From Lama guanicoe (taxonomy: Eukaryota), in the NCBI GenBank assembly GCA_013239625.1, contig MU053431.1, positions 496,001-560,000 of the forward strand: a stretch of 64,000 nt of DNA. The letters are read 5' to 3'. Numbering within the stretch: position 1 is the stretch's first letter; every line of letters begins with the position of its first letter. Below are positions 36,337 to 48,433 of this stretch, one piece after another. A model generated the notes under the pieces. It was not told the DNA's origin. It was given only the letters and a program-made list of their open reading frames with translations, and did no database searches. The position numbers and the translations under genes are program-made.

Positions 36337-38279
36337 GAGCCTCCATCCCCGACCAGCACACCCTGAGCCTCTGCCAGCACCCACCGTGTGGGCACTTGCT
36401 GTCTCTCCATCACCCAGGTGAGTGCACCTCAGCCCGGAATCAGGAAGATATTCTCAGTGAAGACAGACACCGATCTAAACTTATTTCCTAATGACCAAAA
36501 CGCGCTCTGCTGCCGACGAAGCGGACGCTGGGGCCTCTGCCACTGACCGAGATGCCTCCTGGGACCAGCACGTGCCCGAGTTCAGGGGAGCAGGTGGGGT
36601 CACCTGTCCAAGTGCTGAGGTCGTCACCGAGGAGGCTCTGTGTATAAAAGCTGCAGGGCTAGTTGGGAGGTGGAGGCGGCTCAGGACCCCAGAAGATGCT
36701 CTACGGTCCCCAAGACCCACTTCCATTTCCCTTGCACGTCCGAGGGGTGCCGGCGTTGGCGGCGTATGTGACCGTCCAGGCCACACGCCTGAAACGCGGA
36801 CCACTGGCCCCAGGGGGCCGGGGAGGCTCAAGACAGACACCGCTGGCCGGCTGCTGCTACTTGAGCTGTGTTTTTAGAAAAATACTCCATTTTCCCCTCG
36901 TGGGATCTCTGCATAAGCACACAGGTCCTTGTGCTTAACCTGCGGTCCTTTCCGCCAGTCCCTGCTTTGTGTTGTGTCCACTCCAGCCACGGTCGGGGGC
37001 TCATTTTCTCTAGAAGGGCCGCTGCGGAAACCTCGGGAGAAAGTAACTCAGAAGGATTTTCTCAGCATGACAGTCACTTCACTGCCCCCGCCTCCGCTGG
37101 GCTCTTGTGTTTTCAGAACAGCCCTTAGGCCAAGCCCAGATGTGCTTCCTTAGGAAGAACAGGTTCTTGAGACGGAAGGGGAGTGAGGCGTCTGGGGAGT
37201 GGATGCCAAGGCCTCCAGGGAGCTCCACTTGCCCAAAGGGCACCTTGGGTCTGCGAGAGCCCCCCAGACCCCTCTTAGCCTTGCCCGTCCTGACCGCCGG
37301 CCCTTGATCAGAACCAAGCAGGTGCAGGCAAGGCACCTCTGAGTTCATCACCACAGTCACAGAGGTCAGGGCTTGGAAAGGCCCAGCGAGCTTGTCGGGA
37401 GCAGAAGGCAGGACTCTGCTTCTGCAGGCAGACGGGCATCGTGCAATTGCTGGGCGCGGGGTGGGAGAGAACTCTCTGGAAAGCCGGTAAGATGAACGTC
37501 CATGAAAGCCATGCTCCCCGAGGGTCCAGGGCCTTGCTGGTGCTCGGCCTCTGTCACCTCATCTGATCCGCACGCATGTCTACGGGCAGGACAGGCACCG
37601 CCCACGTGGTCGCGGTAAGGAAGCTGGGGCTTAGACAGACCCGGGACCTGGCTGAGGTCGTAGCCCGGGAGCGCACAGCGCGGCGAAGCCCAGGGTCACA
37701 TAGCGCCACGATGCCTCTGGAAGCAAGCAGGGCCCACGCCTGGTGGGGGGAGCCCTTCGGGCAAATTTCATCAACTTGGAATTTGTGCAGAGTGACTGTG
37801 ACGCACAGACCGGCAGGGCAGCTCTGATGCAACATGTTCCCTGCCGGTGTCGAGCCAGGTGTTCTAACGTTTGGCCTGAAACCTACGCTGAGCATCTCGC
37901 TGCGTCCTGGACCAGGCCTTCTCAGCCCAGGGAGCTCGGCGCTGACAGGGAGCAGAAGGGCTCCATGGAATTTGAGGTCCTGGAGACTCCCTTCCAGAGA
38001 TTGCTGCCTGCGTGCCTGCAGTTCCGTGATGACAGTTCCATCCTTCTGAGCCTCGCAGACGTCCTGGGATTAAAGTCTTCCCGGTGGAACTGCAGACGGC
38101 CCAGAGAAGGAGCGTGGTGCGTGCCCCGTTGGTTAAGACCAGTGAAGCCTCTTAAGGAGGTGACAGCCAGAGCTCGGGGGTCACTGGCGTGCCCTCTGTG
38201 GGTATGGCCACGAAGTTCTGCCTTCTGCAGGCCCTGCGGGAGGGCCCACGGCCGCGTGGCCTCCTTCTTCTGTGGGGCG

Positions 38280-38705
38280 TGTGCTAGTTTCCTGTGGCGT
38301 CCGCAGCAGACCACCACACGTGCAGCGGCTCCAGCAACGCACGCTCACGCTCTAGCGGTTCTGGGGTCAGAGAACTGAACGGGGTCTCTCTGGGACAGAA
38401 GCGAGATGTGGGCGGGGCTGGTCTCCGGGGATAACCTGCTTGCTCGCCTTCCCAGCTCCTCAAGGGCCCTCACTGTCCGTGGCCCCCTCGTCCCTTGTCG
38501 GAGCCAGGGAGGTGGGCTGAGTCCCCCTCCCATCACATGCCTCGACCTCTTCTTGCACCTGCCTCTTCTAGGGACCCTGTGATGGCACTGGGCCCGCCTG
38601 GATGCTGCAGGATAATCTCCCTCTCCAGGTCCTTAACTCAGCCACGTCTGCCAAGTCCCCGTTGCCATGTGAGGTGCCTCTGGGGGTGGGCGTGGACACC
38701 TACTG
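38280..38705 (-). mobile_element. MLT1 (ERVL-MaLR) solo LTR
   Basis: tgtgctagtttcctgtggc, gcggttctggggtcagag, gcccgcctggatgctgcaggataatctccc, cacgtctgccaagtccccgttgccatgtgagg. Confidence 0.8.
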
Positions 38706-41309
38706 CCGTGTTTCGTGGTTTTGCGTGTGACTGAGGCAGCTGGAGATGACATCCTTCACCTTCTGCTTATTGGTGATTGAAATGTGTGCCGTCTTGGAGC
38801 CAGTGGCGCTCCTGGTACTGGGCGTTGAGGGAAAGTCTTGTGTTCTGAATTACAGCCTTTGGGCCAGCAAGTGGGGAGACCCTGGCCCAGAAGGGGACTT
38901 TCGGCTTCCCGTTAGCCTGGTACTGAAACATCTCCAGAGCAGTGGATGCGTGAGCTGTGAATTCCATGTGAGGGCTGCCTGTGTAGACTCGACCCTCCAA
39001 TTCACTTTCCTGATTCGGACTCCTCTATGCTTATCACAGAGCCAGGTAAACCTGGAGGGGAGGGGAAGAACTTCCTGGGCACTGATGGTAGGAGATGTGC
39101 CTGAGACAGGCATGAATCTCTGTGCTGTGTGTGCACCGGCGAGGTCAGAGCAGAGCCCAGACCCTAAGACAAATTTGGGGGACCCCTGTCCTTGTGAGGC
39201 CGCCTTGGAGAGTCCAGCCTGGCGGCCAGAGGCCATGCTGGTTCTCCTAAAACAGAGCCTGGTGTTTAGTGGGAACTAACGAAGCTAGGATGTAGGGTGG
39301 GTCCAGGCTGCGGAAAGGAGAGAGAAGACAGTGGAGGAAGAGGGGGCGGGCAGGTGTCTGCACGGGGGGACCCAGGCAATAATTATGCCCAGACCTCGTC
39401 CTTATGAACTTTCCAGCCCCTGAGCAGCTCCCCAGATGTGGCCTTTATCTGGGAAGTAGGTGGCAGCCAGGAGACCATCCACTCCCTCGGTTGCTGTGAC
39501 AGGGACACACGTCTTCCCAGCTCCGTGCTCTGCAGTGATCCCACCTTCTAGGCCTGGGCGCCACACTTCTGGGGAAGGTGCTCAGGGAGCCTCTGCTCAC
39601 CCACCATCTGGTCGCTTATTCATTCAACAAACTCTTAGTGAATAACTTCTAGAGGCAGGAAGTGCGCTCGTTGCTGTGGAAATAAATCCACACACTGTGC
39701 CCTCTGCCCTCTGCTCTCTGCTCTCGAGTCGCTCGCCGCGGTCTTCACTCCCGATCTCCCGACACCTCTCTTTTTGTGTGTTTGACGCGTGTTGTGGCTG
39801 AGGGAGCATCGTTTGTGCTCACGCCCCATGATTGTTTTGGCTGTTTTATCGTTTTTATTCTTTAGCGTCCTCTTTAAGGTTTCTTGTTAGAATAATTGTT
39901 TAGATCATTGTGGGCTGAGGCAAACAGTGATGAAAGAATTTCTGGCCCTAGTTTTTTTAAAAAATGGTTCTCTTTTTTTTTTTTTCTAACAACCATTCAG
40001 TTTTATAGTTTCATGTAGATTCAATAAAGACCATCTTTGGTGTTGTTAGAAAATTCACATTTAAAGCATTAAAATGGACTTTGTCCATTTCACCAAGACT
40101 CCGAGGATTCCAGAGAAACATGGCTGTTTAATACCAAGACCGTGAAGAGGGAAGAGGAAGACCCACCAGGCCATGGATTCCTACAAGTCTCACCATGAAA
40201 TATTGCTTAAAGTATTGCTGATCCGATACAAATCCCAATCAACCATTTGCATAATTTCATTAAAATACTCATTTCAAATAATTCTTTAGCGAAAGGTGAT
40301 GCAGTTAGTGCCCAGCTGGTCCCGTCTGCACGCAGCAGCAGTCAGATGTGAGGGGCGGGGAGCCGGGCGCAGGCCGCGCGGGCGCGAGGGGGTGAGGGCG
40401 GGGTGTCGCGCCCACTGTCTGCGGCGTGGCTGGAGGGTCCTCTCCATCGCGTGGCGCCGGCCGGCCTGGCCACGCCTTCCCTAGCTAATTTCCAGAAGTA
40501 GGATCTGCGCGTGAGGTGTGGCAGCTTCTGATCTGCTCAGCTACGTGTGTAAAACTGACAGCCTTCTCCACGTTCATCAGATAGACATTTTCACTTTTCT
40601 GAAAATGAGTCTCCAAATCCCAGAAACACATTTAAAAAGCTAGTTTGAATTTTTCAACAAAGACATTAAGCAAAATGGGGAGGACGGGCCTGGAGTGAGA
40701 GCCTCCTTGCTGATCCCCCTTCCAGAAGGAACAAAGGCGCCTTCAGGGACCGGGCGTGTGATCTGCCGTCTGTGTCTGAGCCCGTGAAGCGCCGCCCCGG
40801 GCCTGCCGTTACCGGCTCTCCCTTCAGGCTCCGGCTCCGCGGCAGACTCGCATCCTTGGTTCAGCGCTGCTTCAGCCCCAGTGTCCCCCTTCCAGCCAGA
40901 GCTCATGAGCAGTCCACCCCTAGCTCCATGCCACCCTCACCGTCCCCCCAGGGCTCCCCTTCCTCAGGCCTCGGGAAACCCCCGCTTCCTGGCCCCAGGG
41001 GGTCTGGCATTTCTGGAGAAAGTGATGTAACAGAGCCAGTTGCCTTGGCTACACGCCCTGCCACTCAGAGCATCGTCAGTGTGCGTGGACGCGCCTCCAA
41101 GTGCCTCCGTGACCATTTCCCGGGAGCCACCCCAGCCTGGGCAGCCCCTGGGCAAAACTGGGCCATGTTGTGTCTAAGAACCGCGGAAAGCTCCTGAAGG
41201 ACTCCTGGGCCTGAGGGCCTCTAGGATTCGGAGATTCTGCTTTGCTCGGTCAGGAGGGAAGCAGGGAAGCTGGTGCTGACGCAGACCGTGCACAGACTAG
41301 CATTGATGG

Positions 41310-41460
41310 CAGATGGCCCTGGGCTTGAATGCACACGAGCCACCTGGGGACCTTGTGAAAAGCAGGTGATGCCGGTTCTGTTTCTGGAGGTCTGGGGTGA
41401 GCACGAGGTCCTGCATTTCTGCCAGCGTCCCAGGCGCTGCTTCTGAGACCTCACTTTGGA
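41310..41460. mobile_element. MER5A-like element
   Basis: cacctggggaccttgtgaaaagcag...ggtctggggtgagcacgaggtcctgcatttct...cctcactttg. Confidence 0.7.
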
Positions 41461-42164
41461 TATCAAGAGGGGATCAGCCTGACCTCCTGGAAACACCCCC
41501 TTCCTTTCCGCTCCCCCATCTCAGCGCTGCACTCTATGCATGCCGGCCCTTTCCAGCCTCTCCCCAAGCCTGATTGACGCAGCACAGGGTGGTGATTGCA
41601 GGACACACGCCTTTCCCTCCGTTCATCTGCAGAGGTGTTGCTAACCCATCACAGTGCTGCTTTGTGCTGAACCCAGAGAGACGCAGCATCCTTGTCGACA
41701 CACCTGCAGCCCCTCCGACCTCACCAGCCTGTCACACGCCTTCCCTCAGGGTGGCACTTGGGCTGTTAGCATCTCTCCATGGCTTTATCCTGCCTAGCGG
41801 GCCACCTCTGCCCGTGAAGCTGGACAACGTGCTGCATTAAAAGACCACGCCGTCCACCCAGCTGACCAGCCATGATGCTCAGAACCCTCACTGATACCCT
41901 AGCCCTTCCCCACCTGCCGTGTCTCCTCTGTGTTGGGCTGGACTTTGTGCTTCCGGTGATCAAAGGCGTCACATCGTGTTACATTGTGCAGGTGTGTGGG
42001 CTGACAGTACAGTATCATCTTTACTACAGGAAGTACAACCTGACGTCACAGCAGTCACCCTTGTGTCCCCCTGCTGCCCAGGACAGTGCCTGGTATGTCG
42101 CACACGAGTGGCACGTCACCATCAGGAGCCGCGTCTTCAGTCTGGTCTCGGGATGAGGAAAAAA

Positions 42165-42263
42165 GCAGAGCAGCAGCTGCGTCACGGCCCCCGATGTGTG
42201 ACCTGGTAGTATCTGTCGTTGTTGCTTTGGGGCTACTTGTTACTGCAGCAAGTTAACTAATAC
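42165..42263 (+). mobile_element. MLT1 LTR 3' end fragment
   Basis: tttggggctacttgttactgcagcaagttaactaataca is a typical MaLR LTR terminus. Confidence 0.55.
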
Positions 42264-44229
42264 AGCCCTGTAGGCCGAGGGACTCAGGAAAAGAGCCAAA
42301 CCTCTCCACTGCCCAGAAGGAGGTTACAGATTGTTGGGGACGCCAGTTGAGAGCCAGTTGTATATGGAGGGTGCACAGCAACGGGCTAGGGAACCACACA
42401 CACTGGGGCAGAGGGACAGCAGCCAGAGGCCAGCGCGCATCGTGGTGGGTGACTTACATTTGGAACAGGAGGTGGCCTAGGGCAGACGCAGAACCAGCCC
42501 AGGGAGCCACACGGAATCCACTGGGGACACAGTCCCAGGGAAATAAATTAACCCTAGACGTGAGAAAGAGAGAAAAACCTAAGGGGCAGGTTATAACCTT
42601 GAATGTGACTACATTCTAAGCCTGAATTAACTGAGACACATTACATTATGGGATAGAACCCCTTACAAGTGAATCCATTAATTTTCTGTTATTAGAGGAA
42701 AATGTGGGCTTATGATAGACTCAAATTGAGTTATGGAAAATGTAATAAAGCTACCTTTTTGCACACCCACGTTTTATAAAGCTTTTTTTTTTGACTGTGG
42801 GTAGAATTCAAGCCCAGGACACACACAGATGGGCATATCTTCACAAGCTCTTGGTCTGAAGTATTTGAAAATTCAAGGGCGACAGAGCAGTGGAGAATTC
42901 CCCCGGAAACTGACACAAGATATTAGAGGTAAAAGTCACAGCGAATCTTCTCTGAGCCCGAGTCTCCCCGTGACACGGGTGAGAGCGCTCCCCCGGGAGG
43001 GGCGGCTGCCGGACGGCGAAGGTGCTGCGTCTCCTCTTTCCAGGAGTTACACTGATGCTGACAAGTGCTCTTTCCAAGTGATTGATTCCCCAACATGTGA
43101 GAATCTGAGTTAAGTGCGAGCCTCAGAGCCCAAGTTCAGAGCCGAGATGAAAAAGCCTGTGTGCTGGCCCGCTTGGCCTTCTGCCCAGGCTCGAGAGGCG
43201 TCCGGTCTCCGGAGCGGACCCTGGACGCGGGGAAGCCGAGGATGGTGGCTCCGGCAGTTCACACGCGGCAGCGGGCCTGTCGCCATCCAGATACGTGAAG
43301 CTCACCAGCGAGTTTCCAACCTGGCGGCCATCCGCTGACGAACAGCCCACTTAGAGGCAGAGATGGGCTGAGAGCTCTAACCAAAGGCATCATCCCACCT
43401 GAAGTCAAGGGGGCGCCCGGCGAGTCTCCAAAGAACCACGTGACCGGCTCAGATCCAAGCCATTTCAATAACGGGCCCAAGTCAGAATAAAAGGCAAGGA
43501 AGGTCCTGGGTCACTGTCACAAGCGTGCAGTCATCATGCTTCGGGGAACAGCGGTGGCCCTAATGCAGGCCACTGTCACCACTGAGCTTGGGTCCCCCAG
43601 CCCAGGGGGTCCTTGTCTTACCTGGCGCAGGGGGGCTCCCGGGAAGGACGCGCTGAGCAGATGGGTGTATACGTGCCGGCAGTGCGCCCTCCTTCACAGG
43701 GCAGGTCCTCAGCCCCTCTCAAGACAGTCCCCGCCGCGATTAAACAGCGCGAGCATTGGAAAATCCTCCTCTATGCTGAACAAAAGTAAAAACCCAGAGG
43801 GGCAAAGGATGAGCCAGTTTCATTTCTATTGAACAAAAACTAAGAATTAAGTATGATGATAAAGCCGAGTCCACCACCCTGCTGGATTCCTCCACTAGGA
43901 TGGCCCAGAGGAGAAGGATTATGGGAGAGTCTCCAGAAGAATCCCCCAGGGTCCTAAGGGTGCCAGGAGCACCAATGGTAAGAAAGATGCAGAAATGCAT
44001 ACACGCCTTTGCTTTCCAAGCTAAGTTTGCCAAAGACCGCTGCCCCCTTGGGAAGTAAAGCCATGCTTTGCACGGAAGGGAAAACATAACATATAGAAGC
44101 CCCTTGCTTTCGTTGGAGAATCTTTCCAGTTCAGCCCAGAGGCCATGTTTACTTAAAGAATGGACTGTCTCTTTGTCGAGAACTAAGAGGATTTGCCCAA
44201 GGGAGGGGATTGGCAGGAGAAGGTCTAAC

Positions 44230-44405
44230 GTGGTGGCTCCCCAGCCTGGCTGCGCGTTAAAATCACTCAGTGACTCAGCACCCATGCCAAGCACTCATTC
44301 CAGAACAATTAAGCTCATGTCTCTGCAGGCAGGGTCTGGGCACCTGTGTCCTCGACAGTCTCTCTGGCGATGGGGGGAGGAGGTAGTCAGGGCTGAGAAC
44401 ACTGG
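44230..44405. mobile_element. MER5-family element
   Basis: cagcctggctgcgcgttaaaatcac...cagggctgagaacactg. Confidence 0.6.
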
Positions 44406-45219
44406 TGAAGTCATGAGTTAATTTTGCCTCCGGCATCACCCTTGAAAATTATGGAAGGGATGAAGGGCTGGGAATGCATTCACATGGCGAGCAAGGGTCA
44501 CACCCCCTCTGTTGGTAACCCCTGGCCTGGGTGAGTGACACCTGCTTGGGCTCAGGACCACTGGCAGAATTAAAGTTCCCCTCTGCGCAGAGGGCTGAGG
44601 CGCTGCGGGTAGAATCTAAATATGTTCAGGTGTCCGTTTAGCAGGGATTTGCAGAGAATAGGAAGTCTTTTGGGGTCTTTAATTCTTGATGCTCTGACGT
44701 TTTTTGTTGTTAAATGGTTAGAGGGTGGTCGACAGAACAGGGCAGGGGCCATCCCTGATTTGAGCAGAGCCCCAGCTCAACTGAAAACGAGGGTCCCTAC
44801 AGTCCTGTAGACCCCGTTTTTCCCCTGAATTCTCTGGCTCACCAGCTGGCCCCCTGGTGCCGCCCCTTCCGCACCCCTCCCACATACCCGCAGCCTCTGG
44901 CTCGCCGCCTTGCTCCTGCACAGCCCCCGAAACCATGCCTCCCATCAGCTAAAAATATCTCGGCCCTGTCACTGCCCACTGAAAATGCTTCCAGACTTTG
45001 TAGGCGATGGAAGCCCCTGTGGGCTCGTTAACAGTTCAGACCCTCCCTTCTTGACGCAGACAGCTGACTCGGGCTCTGCAGGGACGGGGCCTGGGAATCG
45101 GGCCTTTACGTCCAGCCCCACCTAAGTCCCGTGTCCTCACCTCGTGGTCTACAGGATGGAGGCGGTGACCCAAGGAAGTGTAGGACCTCCAGCCCAAGCC
45201 CCGCTCCTTCCCTGCGTGA

Positions 45220-45600
45220 CTTCTCGTCCCTCCTGGGGGTCCCCTCTCGTGACAGGTGTTCAGATAGATACTCGTTGAATGAATCAATTAATGAATCGCA
45301 GTTTGCGGTCCACAAGGCTGACCTCTTCGAGCTTCCCCACACGGGTCACGCTGGTTTTCACCTCCACGCTTGTTACATTTCACCTGTAGTCCGCCCGATC
45401 CTGTCAACAGAAGCGGGATGGCTCCTCCTCTGTGCTCCGGGGACACACTGGGCAGGGGGCTGCCTCTGTGCTGACTGGTATGTGTTATGTGATGTTCCGT
45501 TAAGATGAGCTTCCTCAGGACAGGAACCGTTTCACCACCTGTGTCCTCAGTGACCAGCACAGTGCCCCCCACTCAGTAGACGCTACGTACACAGGTGCTC
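45220..45600 (+). mobile_element. LINE-2 3' terminal fragments
   Basis: atactcgttgaatgaatcaattaatgaat (L2 tail) and agatgagcttcctcaggacagg...cagcacagtgcc. Confidence 0.6.
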
Positions 45601-46277
45601 ACTGGGGTGTGGGTATCCATGGTGACACAGCTGATCCAGCCCTGTGCCTGAGCTCTCCAGGCGAGGCTCAAGTCCACAGTGCCTAAGTGACCTGCATGGG
45701 TGACACAGCGAAAGAAAAGAATAACCAGTATTTAAAAACATGTGGTGTTTTCAAGAGTGTCCTCAGAGTTCTTAGCAGAAAATACTGAGTAGACAGGTGG
45801 GGCCATCCCGGGATAAAATGGCAGAGTGCCTGCCACAGTGCCAGGGAGCTGGGACGCACGCAGGGGCCGCTCTCGCCGAAGCTGAGACATTCAGCAAGCC
45901 TCGCCCGCCCCGGACTTGCCCTTGTTAACACGGTCACACCGCCTCTGCCAGAGGCTGGCCCTCCGGAACCACAGAGCCAGCGCCGCGGACAGGCAGCTCT
46001 CACAGGCCTGCCCCGCCTGGAAACTGGTCAAGCGATCAAGGGGACCTTGATTTTCAACCTGTCTCCAAAGTATTAACAGTAAAAGAGACTTAAAATGACA
46101 AGCCTTGCAGTCTTAAAAGTGTGATGGGAGAAGCTGACTAGAACACGCACGTGCACACAAGTTTACACACATAATAGATAAGCTCATTAGTGTATACCAT
46201 AGGTACAGGCATTAGTGTAGTGTGTGTTAATGCAGTGCTCATATTAGTATTTATTATTTTATATATATTAACATATA

Positions 46278-46512
46278 CCATTTATTAAGCATTTACTGTG
46301 TACCTGGTACCGTGGTGAGTACAGGAGGATCATTATTTAATTGAATCATTGTAACAGTCCTGTCAGGAAGGTGCTTATGCTACTTTAATGGAACAACTGG
46401 GGGTAGGAGAGGTCAGGTGACTTACCTAAGATCTTACAACTGGTATGTCGTGAACCTGAAATTTAAACCAGAATCCGTCAGCATTCAAAGCCCAAACTCT
46501 AAACTGCACCAT
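46278..46512 (-). mobile_element. MIR SINE
   Basis: ccatttattaagcatttactgtgtacctgg...agaggtcaggtgacttacctaagatc...atttaaaccag. Confidence 0.8.
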
Positions 46513-46519
46513 CACCAGT

Positions 46520-47651
46520 ATGATGGTGGTGATGATGGTGGTGGTGATGGTGGTGGTGATGGTGGTGGTGATGATGACAGTGATGGTGGTGGTGGTGGTG
46601 GTGGTGNNNNNNNNNNNNNNNNNNNNNNNNNNNNNNNNNNNNNNNNNNNNNNNNNNNNNNNNNNNNNNNNNNNNNNNNNNNNNNNNNNNNNNNNNNNNNN
46701 NNNNNNNNNNNNNNNNNNNNNNNNNNNNNNNNNNNNNNNNNNNNNNNNNNNNNNNNNNNNNNNNNNNNNNNNNNNNNNNNNNNNNNNNNNNNNNNNNNNN
46801 NNNNNNNNNNNNNNNNNNNNNNNNNNNNNNNNNNNNNNNNNNNNNNNNNNNNNNNNNNNNNNNNNNNNNNNNNNNNNNNNNNNNNNNNNNNNNNNNNNNN
46901 NNNNNNNNNNNNNNNNNGACGGTGATGATGGTGATGGTGGTGATGGTGGTGATGACGGTGATGGTGGTGATGGTGGTGGTGGTGATGGTGGTGGTGAAGA
47001 TGACGGTGATGATGGTGATGGTGGTGATGGTGATGGTGGTGATGACAGTGATGGTGGGGATGGTGGTGGTGGTGGTGGTGCTGGTGATGGTGGTGATGAG
47101 GGTGCTGATGGTGATGGTGGTGGTGATGGTGGTGGTGATGGTGATGATGGTGATGGTGGTGATGGTGATGGTGGTGATGACAGTGATGGTGGGGATGGTG
47201 GTGGTGGTGGTGGTGCTGGTGATGGTGGTGATGAGGGTGCTGATGGTGATGGTGGTGGTGATGGTGGTGGTGATGGTGATGATGGTGATGGTGGTGATGG
47301 TGGTGGTGGTGGTGATGGTGATGGTGGTGATGGTGGTGATGATGGTGATGGTGGTGATGGTGATGGTGGTGATGACAGTGATGGTGGTGATGGTGGTGGT
47401 GGTGATGGTGGTGGTGATGGTGGTGATGATGGTGATGATGGTGATGGTGGTGGTGATGGTGGTGGTGATGGTGGTGGTGATGATGACGGTAGTGATGGTG
47501 GTGGTGATGGTGGTGATGGTGGTGATGGTGGTGGTGATGATGACAGTGATGGTGGTGATGGTGGTGGTGGTGGTGGTGGTGATGGTGGTGATGATGGTGA
47601 TGGTGATGATGGTGGTGGTGATGATGACAGTGATGTGGTGATGGTGGTGGC
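46520..47651 (+). repeat. Large (GGT/GAT)n trinucleotide array spanning an assembly gap
   Basis: Read directly; GAC/AGT/GCT/GAG interruptions; true length unknown because of the gap. Confidence 0.97.
46607..46917. other. Assembly gap (311 N)
   Basis: Run of N. Confidence 1.
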
Positions 47652-47661
47652 AATGTCAGTG

Positions 47662-47895
47662 ATGATAGTTTTATCTGTTAAGCACACACTGTGTACTTGG
47701 TACTGTTTTAAGCACTTTAGGAGTAATAATTCACTTGGTCCTCACAGTGACCTATTTTTGTCCCCAAACTAGAGGCGAGGAAACCAGGGCACACAGCATT
47801 ATACCTTGCCACGTTTACACAGCCGGTGAGTGGCAGACCAGGCACTAAAACCTAGACCATCCAGCTCCAGTGCCTGGTCCAAATACTGTACTGCA
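47662..47895 (-). mobile_element. MIR SINE
   Basis: cactgtgtacttggtactgttttaagcacttt...ggtcctcacag...gaggaaaccagggcac...cacagccggtgagtggcag. Confidence 0.8.
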
Positions 47896-47944
47896 CTCCT
47901 TCTAATAATATGAATATCAATTCATATTATACAATGAACCATAT

Positions 47945-48433
47945 CTAAAATGGAGTATTACTCAGCCGTGAGAAAGAAGGAAATTCTGCCGTCTGTCAAC
48001 ATAGGCGGACCTCGAGGGCGCGGTGCCAGGCAGAGGAGGACGGAGAGTGAACGGCGTCACCAATACGTGAAGCCGGTAAAGGCTGAACTCGTGGAGACAG
48101 CGAGGCGCAGTCTTCAGGGCCGGGGCGGGGAACCGGGGGGGGGGTGCTTTCGGGCGCACACGCGGAAGGAGAAGACGAGTCCGTCCTGCAGAGCGCACGC
48201 TCGGCGAAGCTGCCACAGGCGACAGCACTGTGTTATAAACTTCAGACGTGCCGAGAGACTGGATCTTAATTGTTCTCAGCACAAAGAAGAAATGATGATT
48301 GTGCGACGTGATAGAGGTGCTCACTAATGCCACCAGGTGATAATTATAATACGACATATAAATGCATCGAATCAATACCTTGTGCACCTTAGACTCACAC
48401 AACGTACGCGTCAGGTCTGTCTCGATGTTTAAA
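47945..48433 (+). mobile_element. LINE-1 3' end (L1MA9-like)
   Basis: atggagtattactcagccgtgagaaagaaggaaattctgcc; gagagactggatcttaattgttctcagcac; atataaatgcatcgaatcaataccttgtgcacctta. Confidence 0.85.

Noticed and set aside
46417..47772. 373-451 aa poly-His, Gly/Asp, Pro/Ser and Val/Met ORFs (also 56588-57195 and 17383-17565)
   Set aside because: Translations of trinucleotide arrays and an N gap, flanked by TE sequence; no sign of real genes.
36410..47830. Isolated GTGAGT donor-like sites (~36418, ~44531, ~47826)
   Set aside because: No paired acceptor with an open frame was found; one lies inside a MIR.
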